Part shown: positions 45,049 through 61,651 of the stretch, piece after piece
Layout of the letters: every line of letters starts with the position of its first letter
How positions within the stretch are numbered: position 1 is the stretch's first letter
Source of the DNA: Eledone cirrhosa
Taxonomy: Eukaryota
Reading direction: 5' to 3'
Assembly (NCBI GenBank): GCA_964016885.1
Contig: OZ024742.1
Coordinates: 100,378,001-100,442,000 of the forward strand
DNA length: 64,000 nucleotides
Translations under genes and position numbers: made by a program
The notes under the pieces: model-generated
Databases searched by the model: none
Told to the model about the DNA's origin: nothing
What the model saw: the letters and a program-made list of their open reading frames with translations, nothing else

Positions 45049-45649
45049 CTAGCAGTGGTACCCGGCGTTGCACGGGATAAGGTATTTTGGAACGCGGGCC
45101 GCCAACAGACCTAATCGCGGAAAAACTGCATGCCTGGACAATATATAAAGAAAATAAACCGAATACTCTGATGGCTGGATAATCTTTAACATTTTCCTCG
45201 ATGAAGCAGGAAAATTGCAGGTTTTCACCTAATGCGGGCCCTAGGGAATCAAGAAAATGAATTTTTTTTATGTGCATAATATGCCTTGAAATTTCGGGAA
45301 ACGCGACTAGACGTAACGCCTCCAAAAAGCCCTAAAAAGCTGAAAAAATGAAATTTTACACTTAATGCAGACCCTAGGCCATAAAAAAGTTGGGTTTTCT
45401 TTGCTCACAGTATGAAGAAGAGACTGATTATTACATAGTTACAATTTCAAGGAAATTGGTCTGACGTAACGCCTCAAAAAAACCCTAAAAATCTGAAAAA
45501 ACGCAGTTTTTCACCTAATGCGGGCCCTAGGAGATCAAAAAGTTGAATTTGTTGTGTGCATAAGACTCCCTGAAACATAAGTAATACACATGTAAAGTCT
45601 GAAAAAAGTCGGTTAGGTACTCTCGAGTTTTAGGGATTCAATGTCACAG

Positions 45650-45682
<33 letters not shown>

Positions 45683-45963
45683 GACATCCTCAGGGAAGTG
45701 ATGTAATGCAGACAGTCAGACATTATATGTATGTATCTATCTAAAAAGAAAAAGACTAAGAATTATAGAGAGAGATCGCTAAATCGCCTAATGTGGTCCC
45801 TACGGCATTGAAAATTTGAAATTTTTTTTGCTCAGAACACTCCCTGAAACATAAGTATTACATGTGTAAAGTTTGAAAACAGTCGGTTTTGTGGTTCTCG
45901 AGTTTTAGGGATTCAAACTCACACACACACACAGACAGACATCCTCAGTTTTATATATATAGA
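45049..45963 (-). mobile_element. Non-autonomous Helitron
   Basis: The minus strand starts TC and ends with hairpin CCCG..CGGG followed by CTAG. It is inserted between A and T and has internal direct repeats. Confidence 0.85.
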
Positions 45964-46054
45964 TATTTCAAGGATACCACAATTTTGGTACGCCCTCATC
46001 AGATAAAATACAAAATTTGTTTTATAAATCTGATGAGAGCGTACCAAAATTATG

Positions 46055-46090
<36 letters not shown>

Positions 46091-47108
46091 CCTTGGGTTT
46101 ACAATCGTGGGATTGCGAGTTCGATTCCCGGTGATGCGTTGTTCCTGAGCAAGAGACTTTATTGTACATTGCTCCAGTTTACTTAGCTATAGAAATGAGT
46201 TGCGACGTCACAGGTGCAAAGTTGTATCGGTCTTTGCCTTTTCCTTCGGTGGAGAGGGGAGACTGGTATGCATGGGCGACTGCTGGTCTTCCACAAACAA
46301 CCTTGCCCGGGCTTGTGCCTCTGAAGGGAACTCTCTTGCCGCAAATCCTATGTTCAGTAACTAAAGGGGCTCTTTACCCTATATATATGTGATTTTATTC
46401 TTTTACTAATTTCAGTCATTTGACGGCAGCCATGCGAGGACTCGGCTTTGAAGCTATTTAGTCGATTGCTTCGACCTCAGTACTTATTTTATGGATCTGA
46501 ATTTGTCGAACTGCTAGGTCACACGATTTAAATAAATACACCCAAATATTTGATTTTATCTTTTATTTTAAATATTCTCATTTCTTTTCTCTGCTTCATA
46601 TTTGTTTCCTCCTCCTCTTCTTTTTTTTATTTCTTTTCTATTCTTTTTTTTTTCCTTATCTCTTCTCTTGCATGGTGTTTTCTTCTCCCACCCTCGTAGC
46701 AACCAACCCACTTGTAGCTTAAAAACTGCGTATGGCTGAGTGTTTAAGAAGCTTACTTCGTATTCATATATTCCTTGGTTCGATCCCATCAAGTGGCACC
46801 GTGAGTAATTTCCTTTTTAGTACAGTTTCAGCTAAAAGAGTAAAGAGAAATTGTGACAGCTCCTAATGCTCACATACTGTGTCACTTTAAAGGCACTTTA
46901 AAGTCTGTGGAATACTCAATCGTGTATACGTTATTTTAACAAATACGTAGTTTAGTTGATCGAACAAATTAATAGTCATCGTCGAATACGATGGAGATCC
47001 TATGATTTGGTAGGATATATAAGCCACAAATTGGTCTTTTGATGAACCGCAATGGGTACCGACAATTCGATGCCAGGTACATTTGTTCAGTGGTAGATAA
47101 TTATCACT

Positions 47109-49058
47109 AGGAGAGATTATCTCATTAGCTTTAAACAGAGTACGAAGGAGGGGTTATCTCATTAGCTTTAAACAGAGTACGAAGGGGAGATTATCTTATT
47201 AGCTTTAAACAGAGTACGAAGGGGAGATTATCTTATCAGCTTTAAACAGAGTAGGAAGGGGAGATTATCTTATTAGCTTTAAACAGAGTACGAAGGGGAG
47301 ATTATCTTATCAGCTTTAAACAGAGTAGGAAGGGGAGATTATCTTATTAGCTTTAAACAGAGTACGAAGGGGAGATTATCTTATTAGCTTTAAACAGAGT
47401 ACGAAGGGGAGATTATCTTATCAGCTTTAAACAGAGTAGGAAGGAGGATTATCTTATCAGCTTTAAACAGAGTACGAAGGAGAGATTATCTTATCAGCTT
47501 TAAACAGAGTACGAAGGGGAGATTATCTTATTAGCTTTAAACAGAGTACGAAGGGGAGATTATCTTATTAGCTTTAAACAGAGTACGAAGGGGAGATTAT
47601 CTTATTAGCTTTAAACAGAGTAGGAAGGGGAGATTATCTAATCAGCTTTAAACAGAGTACGAAGGGGAGATTATCTTATTAGCTTTAAACAGAGTACGAA
47701 GGGGAGATTATCTTATCAGCTTTAAACAGAGTACGAAGGGGAGATTATCTTATTAGCTTTAAACAGAGTACGAAGGGGAGATTATCTTATTAGCTTTAAA
47801 CAGAGTACGAAGGGGAGATTATCTTATCAGCTTTAAACAGAGTACGAAGGGGAGATTATCTTATTAGCTTTAAACAGAGTACGAAGGGGAGATTATCTTA
47901 TTAGCTTTAAACAGAGTAGGAAGGGGAGATTATCTAATCAGCTTTAATCAGAGTACAAAGGGGAGATTATCTTATTAGCTTTAAACAGAGTACGAAGGAG
48001 AGATTATCTTATCAGCTTTAAACAGAGTATGAAGGAGAGATTATCTTATTAGCTTTAAACAGAGTACGAAGGGGAGATTATCTTATCAGCTTTAATCAGA
48101 GTACGAAGGAGAGATTATCTTATCAGCTTTAAACAGAGTATGAAGGAGAGATTATCTTATTAGCTTTAAACAGAGTACGAAGGGGAGATTATCTTATCAG
48201 CTTTAATCAGAGTACGAAGGAGAGATTATCTTATCAGCTTTAAACAGAGTACGAAGGGTAGATTATCTTATCATCTTTAAACAGAGTAGGAAGGGGAGAT
48301 TATCTAATCAGCTTTAAACAGAGTACGAAGGGGAGATTATCTAATCAGCTTTAATCAGAGTACGAAGGGGAGATTATCTAATCAGCTTTAATCAGAGTAC
48401 GAAGGGGAGATTATCTAATCAGCTTTAATCAGAGTACGAAGGGGAGATTATCTAATCAGCTTTAATCAGAGTACGAAGGGGAGATTATCTTATCAGCTTT
48501 AATCAGAGTACGAAGGAGAGATTATCTAATCATCTTTAAACAGAGTACGAAGGGGAGATTATCTAATCAGCTTTAATCAGAGTACGAAGGAGAGATTATC
48601 TAATCATCTTTAAACAGAGTACGAAGGGGAGATTATCTAATCAGCTTTAATCAGAGTACGAAGGAGAGATTATCTAATCATCTTTAAACAGAGTACGAAG
48701 GGGAGATTATCTAATCAGCTTTAATCAGAGTACGAAGGAGAGATTATCTAATCAGCTTTAAACAGAGTACGAAGGGGAGATTATCTTATCAGCTTTAAAC
48801 AGAGTATGAAGGAGAGATTATCTAATCAGCTTTAAACAGAGTATGGAGGAGAGATTATCTCATTAGCTTTAAACAGAGTACGAAGGGGAGATTATCTTAT
48901 CAGCTTTAAACAGAGTAGGAAGGAGAGATTATCTCATTAGCTTTAAACAGAGTACGAAGGGGAGATTATCTTATCAGCTTTAAACAGAGTAGGAAGGAGG
49001 ATTATCTAAGCTTTAAACAGAGTACAAAGGAGAGATTATCTTATCTTTAAACGGAGTA
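47109..49058 (+). repeat. 37-bp minisatellite, about 52 copies
   Basis: Unit GGGGAGATTATCTTATTAGCTTTAAACAGAGTACGAA, no spacers. Confidence 0.95.
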
Positions 49059-52000
49059 CCAAATGTCATGAAATACCTATACTTTCTCCATTTATCCCTG
49101 TTCGTTGCCATTGCTTCAGACAATAATGTGATTGATAGCAACCAGGTTATTGTTTGAAGCTAATAGTTTGTCCTGGATAAACATGTTTTATAGTTCTATC
49201 CTAAATTGTTATACCTAGATTTGGCTGTCTCTTATCAGTAGTTATGTATTCAGTCCCTTCAAGATTAAGTTATAGACTCACTTTTATATCTGCAATTAAG
49301 TCATTAAAGAAATCTTGGCGATTAATTACCGTATTTCCCGGCGTCGAAGACGCTACTTTTTTCCTAAAATAAGTCTAAAAAAATCTACCATGCGTCCTGG
49401 AGGCCGAAGGTTGTTTATTATATTTTTTCAAATTTTGGATTGTCAAAATTAGGGTGCGTCCTCGAGACGAAGCGTCTTCGGCGCGGGGAAATACGGTATA
49501 TTAGGAATGATTATATATTGTGAAATACTGATGACGGCAACTGAGATACGGTTGACGATGAATGGTTGCGAAAGTGGCAAACTGAGGAGTTTCGATGTAA
49601 CAGTGCAACATTCCCAAACTGCCATAGGGGAACCCATTCTATCATAATAATCACTATTGGCTTCAACATTGAGAAGGCATGATATATCTGAAGCACGCAA
49701 TCTATAAATTTTTTGGCTACATAATTAGTCATATATGATGTCTTTTAACAATAGTCTATGTTCAGAATAAAGCTAAGTGCAACAAAAATGTTACCAGTGC
49801 TATATATAAAAATTGAAGAATAGGCAAGTGTGGAAGAACATCTGGACTACAAGGAAATAAGAGTTAGGAAGATAATTTGAAGCTCAATAAGTATATAAGT
49901 AACCAGGTGTATTGAATACACATTAGATACATCGCAATGTTAAAATATAAAATAAATGCAATAAAGGAGTGTAGTAATGGGATTTTAACATTGTCAATTA
50001 GTAAATGAATGACAGCTTATATTTCAATGCTAAACCCAGGAAACTTCATTATATATAGAACCAAACTCCCCAAAGCACATGCCCATCAGCAATTTTAAGA
50101 AGTTCTTCACAAAGCCTACATCAATTTTATAATAAATAAATTCTCAACTGGTGGTTTAAGAAAAATCTCTGCAAATTCTATACAACCAGAAAATAACTAA
50201 ACGTAGTTTAAGGTGACAAACATTTCTTGATTCATAAGCATTTTAATAACATAACTCAACAAATATTTAACAGAACATTCATAATATGCGGCAAATTAAC
50301 AGCATCGTTAAAGCGTTGGATTAAAAGTTTCGCTATTTATTCTGGCCCTCTCTATTCCGCCGAGGTCAACTTTCCGTTTCATCCCTTCAGCGTCGATACA
50401 TATAATACCAATCGAGGGGTGGGAGTTTGATGGTATTATTAAGAGTCAGAATGGATGCTTTTCGGTATCTGGTCCGGCTCTACGCGTTCTGAATTTAACC
50501 CCCCTCCTCCTCCTACCAGGAATTTCGACGGGCAGATAGTATCAACAATGGAAATAGTTTCCTTCATCAGATTTTGCGATCGTTTTTTTTTGTTTTTTTT
50601 CTTCCTACTTTTCAGTTAATCTACATCAGCTGAAACCTATGGTCTATTTAAATTCCTGTTATTCCTTGTGTACAAGTAATTACAGGCGTCTTTTATTGTC
50701 TATTTATAACACTGAACGTTAGCATAGCTGAGTGATTAACAGGTTTCCTTCGCAATCATGATCACCCATGTTCGATCCCGCTACGTAGCGTTTTAAGGAA
50801 AATTATCATTTCGAGCTCCATAACAGGCTTCATATATAGAGCCAGGCATTTCAGTTATATCTTACGACATACAGGTATATTTTCCTTGTGATATTGAGAG
50901 ATGTTCTTAGTTAGTTATACACGTGAAAATTCTTTATGAAACGATAGTTTATTCTGCTCTCCATCAATTTACAGTGGATTTCGACTTGGAACAGATTTAT
51001 TTAGAAAGCTATCGGCTCTCGTATTGTCATAACATTGTCATACAGAATTGCAGCATCTAACTAGTCCACTGTACCCTTGGATAAACATCGCTATTGTTTC
51101 ACGAATTCTTAGTCGTTGGATAAACTCACATGTCGGAGCTAAGTCACTACATAAAGACTTCAATTTTGGATGTGATGCAGTCATAATGCTATTTTATACT
51201 TTTCGAGAATGTCTTGCTAATGTGCTTTCATGTGGTTTGTTAATTCAAACGTTTATGGTATCTTTTTTTTTTTTTTGTAGTATTAGGCAAAAGACTCATT
51301 TGTAACGTGATGTAATCCTAGTGCTGGTTTCTACTTTTCAAGAATATCTTGCTAATGTGGTTTCATGTGGTACAGGATATTGTTAAATACAAGACAAGAT
51401 GACAAAATGTAAACAACAAATAAATACTTATTGGTTTATATACTGAATTCCACATTTTGTCTTGTACAAGGTGCAGACATGGCTGTGGTTAATGAGTTCG
51501 TTTCGTTGTCTCCCACTTCGCGATGCTTTGAGTTAGTGTCTTTTATTATAGTCACGGATTGGCCAATGAATAGGGAGTGAAATTTAGATTGATAATGTGC
51601 GAAACCCAGTGAGTGAATGAGTGTGTGTGTGTGTATATATGTGTGTATGTGGGTGTGTGTGTGTGTGTATGTGTGTTAGATTAACGACTAGAGAAAACAA
51701 GATTGTCGAAATACATACCAGACTTGGAAAATCTGGTGTCGATATCGACTAAATTCCTTTACAGCGGTGCCGTCAGTATAGCCGTAATCTAATGACTGAA
51801 GCCAGTAAGAGAATGTGTGAAAGAATTCTTCCAAAATGACAAATGAACGTATCAAACACATAATTCAGAAATTTAAATCTAATGGCAAGGAACATTGGTA
51901 GAACATCATTATACACAGGTGCGTAAACTACAGTATTTACACACAGTGATCGATAACTGATCAATGCTACTTGATCTACTTGTCAACATCATGACAGACG

Positions 52001-52980
52001 GATGTCTTAACCCTTTCGATACCATATTGCCATACAAATGATTTTGAAAATAATTAATAATTTTGACGGATTTAGTAATATAACTTTCACCTAAAATTGG
52101 TATTTGTAAAGTAACTTAAAGGTTCTTATATAGAATTATAATCGAAAGATTTTAGATAAATATAAACACTTTAAGTGATTAAAATCTATTAGTGTACGAT
52201 GTAATAAAGTTTTCTAAATTATATCAACACAATAAGTGGAATTACAACAGATCGTTAATATTCTTATCATTCTTCAACGTAGGCGGTAAATTGGCCCAGC
52301 AATTAGAACGTCGGATAGAATGTTTTACGGTATTCGTTCGAGCTCAAACTGATCTCTGGGTTCAAATCGTGCCGAGGTCAACTTTGCTTTTCATGTTCTC
52401 GTGTTCAATAAAACAACTATCTGTTCAGTACTAGGGATGGTTCTTCTATTATTCCTTTTATACTTATACTCTCTCCTTCTTTGGAGGAAATCGACTGTTT
52501 TCAGCCATAGCGAGGTGATGAGCTCCGTCAGATTTAATTGTTTCTATTTTTGGCACAAGCCCAGCAATTATCCCAGTGTATTACTGCTACTTTATTTTAT
52601 CGAGCCCCTAAGGATGAAAGGCAAAGTTAACCTCTGCGGGATTTGAACTCAGATCATAAAAGGAGGTAACTCAATGCTTCAAAGCATGGCGTCCGACCCT
52701 CTACCGATACTGCCAAAATGTGCCCAGGACACGCTGTATGTCACGACGGCACCTCTCGACGAGTCATTATATACATCTTTCAACGGGGAGTACAATATGA
52801 TAGAGTAATATGTATATATAAATTATATAGATCGTACCTGTGAAATCTTCTGCTACTTGCACATTAATTTCACAAGTAGGCTGCTCTCTTGATCAAACCA
52901 CTAAAACACTCGTCAGTACAGAGCATGGAACCAAGAGATAATGCTGGAGAATGGTTGATATGACGGGTATATTTCTTTTC

Positions 52981-53026
<46 letters not shown>

Positions 53027-53789
53027 GTTTTGATAAAATTAGTAAAGAATGTTATAATGAATTGTTTGTAGTTGTGTGCTTCTGCCAAATGTAAAGTGTA
53101 TACGGAGACTTGTGAGGGAGTATTGTCACATTGCTAGAAGGAGGAATAGACAGACGCATGAGCGGTCAGTCGGTGAAGTTTTAAGCTTACAAAATAAGAA
53201 TATAACATTACAGGAATGATAAAAAAAAACAGTTGGTGACTGTTGTCTTAAACTAATTATTTCCTTTCGTTTATTCGTTTACTGATTTCAGATATTAGAC
53301 TGCAACCTCGCTGGAGAAACGCCCTTGATGGGTTTTTAGTCGATTATATCTATCCCAGTACTTAATTTATCGATCTCTGTTTGTCGAAATGCAATGGCAT
53401 GGGACAAAAACAAACACACACACACACATACACATACACACACACATAACAGATAGATATGATGGGATGGGCTTTGTACAATTGCCATCGCAGAGTATTG
53501 GTCAACCTAAGGCTGTAGCAGAAGACAATTTCTCAATGTGTCACACAGTGGGAGTGTACCTGAAACCACGTGGTTTCGAAACGCACTCCTTAAACCGCAC
53601 GGCGACTGCCTGCTCTTATATATTAATGACATCTTTGAATACTAAAAGTAAACGGAACACTAGTTTTTTTTTTTTATACAGTGGCCATACGTCCTACTGT
53701 GGGGAAAATTGCTCTCATCCTTTACGCATTTGTATGATAAAAATTTATTGAAACTATTCATGCAGAACTATATTATTTAGAGAGTGTGA

Positions 53790-53877
<88 letters not shown>

Positions 53878-54942
53878 AAGCATGTGTGTGTGTGTATTGG
53901 AACTTCATCACTTCCAAAGAGGGTGTTCCAGTGGAATTAACGTGTGAGTGGCTGAGCATTCCAAACACGGGTATCCTTAACGTAATTCTTAGACATGGAA
54001 CACGCCACAGCTGTGTGTGACAAGGCTGGCTCTTTGAATTAAAGGTGCAACTTATTTCAGCCCACTGAGTGGACTGGAACAACATGAAATAAAGTGTCTT
54101 GCTCGAGGACAAACGTATCAGCTGATCCGGGAATCGAACTCACAAACTTACGATTTTTAGCCCAACATCCTAACTGTAATGTGTGTGTATGTGTGTTGTG
54201 GCTACATGGCACTCACCACTACAAAGAACCATCATTAAAAAAAGAAAAATTAAGAACAAAATTGTCTTTTCAGAAAAAAATAACCACGTGCTTTAGAAAA
54301 TAATAATTTCCGGTTTAAAATAGAATTGAAATTTCTTACATTTTTTATTCTTGAAACACCCATCCCCCCCCTCTCTTGTATATATGTATGTATGTATGTA
54401 TGTAAGTATGTATGTATATGTATATGTATATATGTATGTGTGTACGTATGTATGTTCTATATCTGTCGTTGCCTATGTATATCTTTGTGTAAAGTACGTG
54501 TAGATGTGTATATGTATGTATATATGTATGTATGTATATGTATATATGTATGTACGTATGTATGTATGTTCTATATATCTCGTTGCCTATGTATATCTTT
54601 GTGTAAAGTACGTGTAGGTGGAGACTGGAAGGAGGTAGCAACAAAATGAAACATGATCGATGATGTTATACTAAAATGATAAATCAATGAAATTTAGCAG
54701 AAATAATTCCTCTGTTTGGTCTTCGATCATTTCCTTTATCACTTAATTATCAAATGAATGTTACACACCATCAACCTCCTCTTCGTGTTTTACAACTTAA
54801 CCGAAACTGAAAATGTGCCTCGTCAGAAAATAGGTTCCATTTGTGGCTAACAGACAAGACGAAACATAAAATACCAGATGTTGACTGACCGTTCCCTTTT
54901 AATGCACGTTATCATCAACTTTGCCTTGCATCCATTCGAGGT

Positions 54943-55252
54943 CTTCTTCTTCTTCTTCTTTTTCTTCTTCTTCTTCTTCTTCTTCTTCTTCTTCTTCTTC
55001 TTCTTCTTCTTCTTCTTCGCCCACTTATTCCTGAGAGAGTCGTGAGGGCAGAGTCTTCAAACGCCTCCCATCAGGTCCTGTCAGAAGCAACCATCTACAA
55101 CTGATCCGGTTAGATCCCCAAGCGTGACCAGCCAAGCCCATCGATGTTATTCAATCATCTTGTTCGGTGTCTACCTCTGGCTCTCTTGCCGGTTGGTTTT
55201 CTGCGTAAAATCTGTCCCGCGATTTTTTCTTGAGACATTCTAACCACATGCC
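54943..55252 (-). mobile_element. RTE LINE 3' fragment with (GAA)n tail, nested in a SINE
   Basis: Translation WHVVRMSQEKIAGQILRRKPTGKRARGRHRTR, then stops. Confidence 0.8.
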
Positions 55253-56763
55253 AAGCTGGTCGATAAAAGGTCGATAAAAGGTACCAGTCTAGAACTAGAG
55301 TCGATTCTTCCTCTCTATCACTCTCTCTCTCTTTCTCTTTCTCTTTCTCTGGAAGAAATCGGCTGTGCTCAGACCTGGAGAGGAGATGGGCTTCACCAGG
55401 GTGGGTTTGAAAAAAGTCCAAGGAATGCCGTATGTCATTACGGTGTTTCTTACGATTCCATCAGAAGTTACGGGTTACATCATACATACATCATCAATAC
55501 TCTCGGTTTCTTCCGGTCCCTGGACTGCCGTTTTCCTCCGCTAAATTAGGATAAGAACATTTTACCTCAGGAAGGAAACCTGGCTGTCTGTTCTCCGCGG
55601 TAATGTTTTCGTCTTCTTTTCAGTGTGGCGCAGCTAACATACACCATCTAGCTAAAGGTGTGGAGTTTAGTACCCTACCGCTTTGCTTTCACACACACAC
55701 ACACACCCTCCCTCTCTCTTCCTCACTCCCTCTCCCTCATCTCTCTCCTCCAATCCCCTCCCCTTCTCTCTCTCTATCTCTCTCTCTTTCTCTCTCATCG
55801 TTTATCTTTTTATTTCTTTTTCTCTCCTATTTGTTAATATATTTTAAACGTATGTTACATCATAGAATAATGTTTTCTTGATTCCAGAATTATCCTTAGT
55901 TTTATTTTAGCCATAATAAATACACTTGTTTAATTAACATGAGCTCTCAAGTAGAATCAGTGAGAAAATGTGGCAAAGCTGTAATTTTTAATTATATATA
56001 AAATCCATCATACCCGATTTCGCTCAAACGGCGTCGATCGATCTATAGTAAAAAGAAAAAGCTTAACAAAGTTTCCCCGCAGTGGGATAAAACAGTACCC
56101 CATAATTACGATGCGTGGTTCTTAACCACTCTAACATGCCTATATCTACACGCCCAAACGAACACAAACATCTTGTCAAGAACTGTTCAATCTTTGAAAC
56201 AGTTTTAATGGGTATTGTTCTGTCTAAAATTACTTGCTACTTTCTGAAACTTTTTTTCGTTAGCTGTTCTTTGGACAGATATCTAGCGGTGTTCATGCTT
56301 TTATAGAACCAACCGGTCTTTGAAGGTGGTCATTAGCTAAAGTGGATAAGTACTCAGCATGAAACTAAAACAACGAGCCTATTGTCAACTTTGATAAAGG
56401 AAACGAGAAATAAATTATGTTGAAGACCACACCGCGCTACCCAGTCCATGAATACGAACCTACGATCTTATGATCGTGGGTCCAGCACCCTAACCACTAG
56501 GTCACGCAATTCTCCTTCACATATATATATATAGCATAGTGGTAAGAGTTCCATTCCTGGGTTGCGTGTTGTGTTCTTGAGCAAAACACTTCATTTCAGT
56601 ATACTCAGCTGAAAATGAGTACCAGCAATCGCTGGGGGTTTAACCCTGCGATGGACTGGCGTCCTGTCCAGGGGCGAGTCTTGTACTCTGTCGCTCCACG
56701 CCATGAAACCGAGATAAGCACCGGCCAAATGAGCCTTCTGGACTTTAGACAGACTTCAGACTC

Positions 56764-56824
<61 letters not shown>

Positions 56825-57547
56825 CTTGACCGACCAGTCTGTCGGGCGCCAATCGGCGCAGCTGGCCAGAGCACGTCGTGCTGTTTTAGCCATAAGATAA
56901 CGCCATCCCACTGGCTGGGCGGACAGGCCGGTACTCATTTCTACAGCTGAGTAAACTGGAGCAACGGGAAATAAAGTCTCTTGCTCAACGTGAAATAAAG
57001 TATCTTGCTCAAGGAAACAACACATCACCCGGTACGAGAATTGAACTCACAACCTTTCGATTGCAAGCCCAATGCTTTAACCGCTATATATATATATATA
57101 TCTGTCATATATATATATCGAGTGGGTTAATCGGCCGGGTGCACTGAAAACGATAAACGATAAACGATAAACGTTTCATTTTTTCCGTTTATCGTTTTCG
57201 TTGCACCCGGCCGATTAACCCACTCGATATGCAAATTGGGCTACTCAGCCGTTAATATGCATAAGGAAAGTATATACTTTCAGACGTTCAACAATCTGGC
57301 AGGAAGGTATACGTTGCTGACGATAGCTAATAAGCTTGAAACTAGTACAGAGTTCCTTTGTCAGTGTTGAACAAACGAGCAACGATGGTTGCTAGACACT
57401 ATGGCTTAATACGGGATGTTTGTTTACAAACACACCGAGCATTGTAATAAATGTTCGGTGAATCCATACGTACATGTATATATGTGTGCATGTATGTATA
57501 TATATATATACATACTACTGTACGTCTGTATACATATATGTATGTAC

Positions 57548-57804
<257 letters not shown>

Positions 57805-57924
57805 GATATAGATATATATATATAAAATATATATATATATACATATCTATCTATATATATATATACATATATACATATCTCTCTCTCTATATATATACAT
57901 ATATAATATATATATACATATATA

Positions 57925-57997
<73 letters not shown>

Positions 57998-58077
57998 TAC
58001 ATATATACATATATATATATATATATTATATATATATATATATATATACATATATATACATATATATATATATATTA

Positions 58078-58192
<115 letters not shown>

Positions 58193-58868
58193 CAGAGAAT
58201 GAAAGCACAGTAAGTTTCGACAATGAGTGTTTAATCGACAGAACAGTTTGCTCATGACATTATCCCGTAAGTGGCTGAGCATTCAACAGACACGTGTACA
58301 TTTAACGTCATTTTCAGGGAGATTCAATGTGACAAGGCTTGCCATTTGATTACAGGTACAGTCAGTTCGATGGGCTTGCAACTAGCTCACGTCTAGTCAG
58401 TTTCAATCACAAGGTATGGGTCAACCCGAGGCTATAGTAAATGGTACTTACCCAAGATACCGCCCAGGTAGATCGTACCCAGGACCTTATAACTGTAAAG
58501 CGAACTTCTTAACGATTTGACCATGCTGCTTCCACACACACCCACACACATACACACATATACACACACACATTGTGTGTATCTGTAAATTCGTATACAT
58601 GCACGGCACAAACTTGTGAATAAACAAGACAAATGCACACACGAACACGAACGTACACACATACACACAAGCTAGTAAACACAGTCAGATACCGACACAC
58701 GCTGATACAGAAATACATACATACACAAATACATTGTTTTTATACACGGCATCATGTCGCCAACTGAAACCCACACACTCCTACATCACTCTCGTACATA
58801 GACTAACACACAATGTAGCTTTTATTTGGTATTTCTAATGTACATGTGTGTGTGATTAGTGTGTATGT

Positions 58869-58957
<89 letters not shown>

Positions 58958-59072
58958 ATGAAGTGTGTGAAATAGCGATACACATGACTGTCTGAACTCT
59001 GTGTGATGTTTAAATGTTTAATGGATGTCTCTCGAGGCGTGAGTATGTGCATGCTGTGTGTGTATGTGTGTG

Positions 59073-59116
<44 letters not shown>

Positions 59117-59126
59117 GTGTGTGCGT

Positions 59127-59848
<722 letters not shown>

Positions 59849-61420
59849 TAAAGGAAGTTGCGACTGAAAGGCACTGGCTTTTGGCTTGTGTGTTCAGCAT
59901 GCCTTTTCAGGGATGTAGTAATATTTGCAGGGTGTGTAAAAATAAGTCTAGTCTTGGTATTGCTTTAGTCGAATTTATCATAGTAATAAGCTAGTCTGAT
60001 AGATAAAGCGGCGTAGGGGCTAGAGAACTACTTGCCTGGTACTTTATTTTCATGACCCCAGAAGGATGAAGGGACATTTGCCCTCGTTGGGATATGAAAT
60101 AAGACTGTAAAGAGCTGTAACTAAATGCAGCAAAACATTTTGTCCAAGGTTCTAACGATTCTAGTAACTTCATAAATAATAAACGAGATTGTGTAAATGC
60201 GTGAAACATTGTTCGTTGGGTTCTGTTCGCCTTCCATCACTTACGTTATACAAACTATTCGATCAACAGAATATCATCCGCTTGATATTAACGTGTATGA
60301 GCCTTAAAGTAATCCTCAGGGAGATTCAGCCAGGTTTATGTGATAATCCTAACATTTTAAATTAAAAGTACAACTCATATTTTTCCAGCTACGTGGACAG
60401 GAGCAATATTAAATCGATCAGTTCAGAAATCGAACTCACGACCTTACGATTGCGAGTCGAACAACAAGCCACGCGCTTTCACAGTGTTGTGATGGTGCCG
60501 TATATACGAGCTTCATATGATGTACGTATGGTTGAATGTTGTGTGTGTGTGGTTCTATGTTGGGGGTTCACCAACAATGAAATAATTGTGTGATACAGTG
60601 AGACAGACGTTAATCATAAACAGTAGTCACACAAACATAAGGAACACGAACTAAGTGACGACCACATACATGTGTGCCTGTGTATGTATGTATATATATA
60701 TATATAATGCTTACACACATGTATATATTATTTATACATATAGTTATATATATATATAACTATATATTTACGCATATAGTTAAATATATATATATATTCA
60801 TTTATTTATATATTTATATACTCATTATTATTATGGCTAAAAAGTGAGTCTTGTTTCTCTGGAGTTTCGCCTGTTTATCACAGGGCCATCAGACAGGGTG
60901 ACCAGACAAGACATTGTCTAAAGTCTCTCTCAAACCCAGAGGATCATAAGGCAGGTGCTTAACATTAAGCGACTAAGAGTACAAGACTGACCCTAGGACA
61001 GGACACCAGTCCATCGCAGGTTTAAACCTCCCAGCTACTACTGATACACATGTTTAGCTGAAACGAAGTGTTTGGCTCCAGGAATCGAACCCACAACATT
61101 ACGATCCAAAGTCCAACCACCCTAATCACCAGGCGATGGGCCTTCTCGTGTATATGTGTGTATGTATGTATATATATATATATATACGCAGGTGTGAGCC
61201 CCGCGAGTTGGAGTGGCTCTTCCAGTGCGTCTCTCTCGCCGTCCTCCTGGGAAACGCCTTCTCCATTCTGTCCGCCGGGGCTGTGGGTGGACCCCATCGC
61301 GTGCCGTTGTAGTTGTTGTAGAAGAAACAGGAAGACAACATCTAATTTTTTACCTCTTCAATGTGACTCCCTTCCAAACAATTAGAGACTCACCCTATAT
61401 ATATATATATAGATATATAT

Positions 61421-61586
61421 AAGTGGTTACACAACAGTTAGTTCACCATACCGAGAACTGAGGATCCACTAAGGTGAAACAATTGTTCTCGGTATGGGGA
61501 ACTAATTGTTGTGTAACCACTTCTACCTAACTCGTCCCATGGACTGAGTGGTCTACCACTACGGATATTACCTTCCAGTGTTCTAC

Positions 61587-61590
<4 letters not shown>
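61421..61590 (+). mobile_element. Small fold-back insert with hammerhead core at the junction
   Basis: Arms at 61421-61458 and 61485-61523. CTGAGGA T CC ACTAA GG T GAAA CAATTG TT. Confidence 0.7.

Positions 61591-61651
<61 letters not shown>

Noticed and set aside
47109-49058. CRISPR-like 37-bp repeat
   Set aside because: Units are contiguous with no unique spacers, there are no cas genes, and the context is eukaryotic.
60852-60895. Minus-strand CTGATGG..GAAA motif with a good stem II
   Set aside because: A9 and the cleavage triplet are both non-canonical and stem I is only 3 bp. At best a dead relic.
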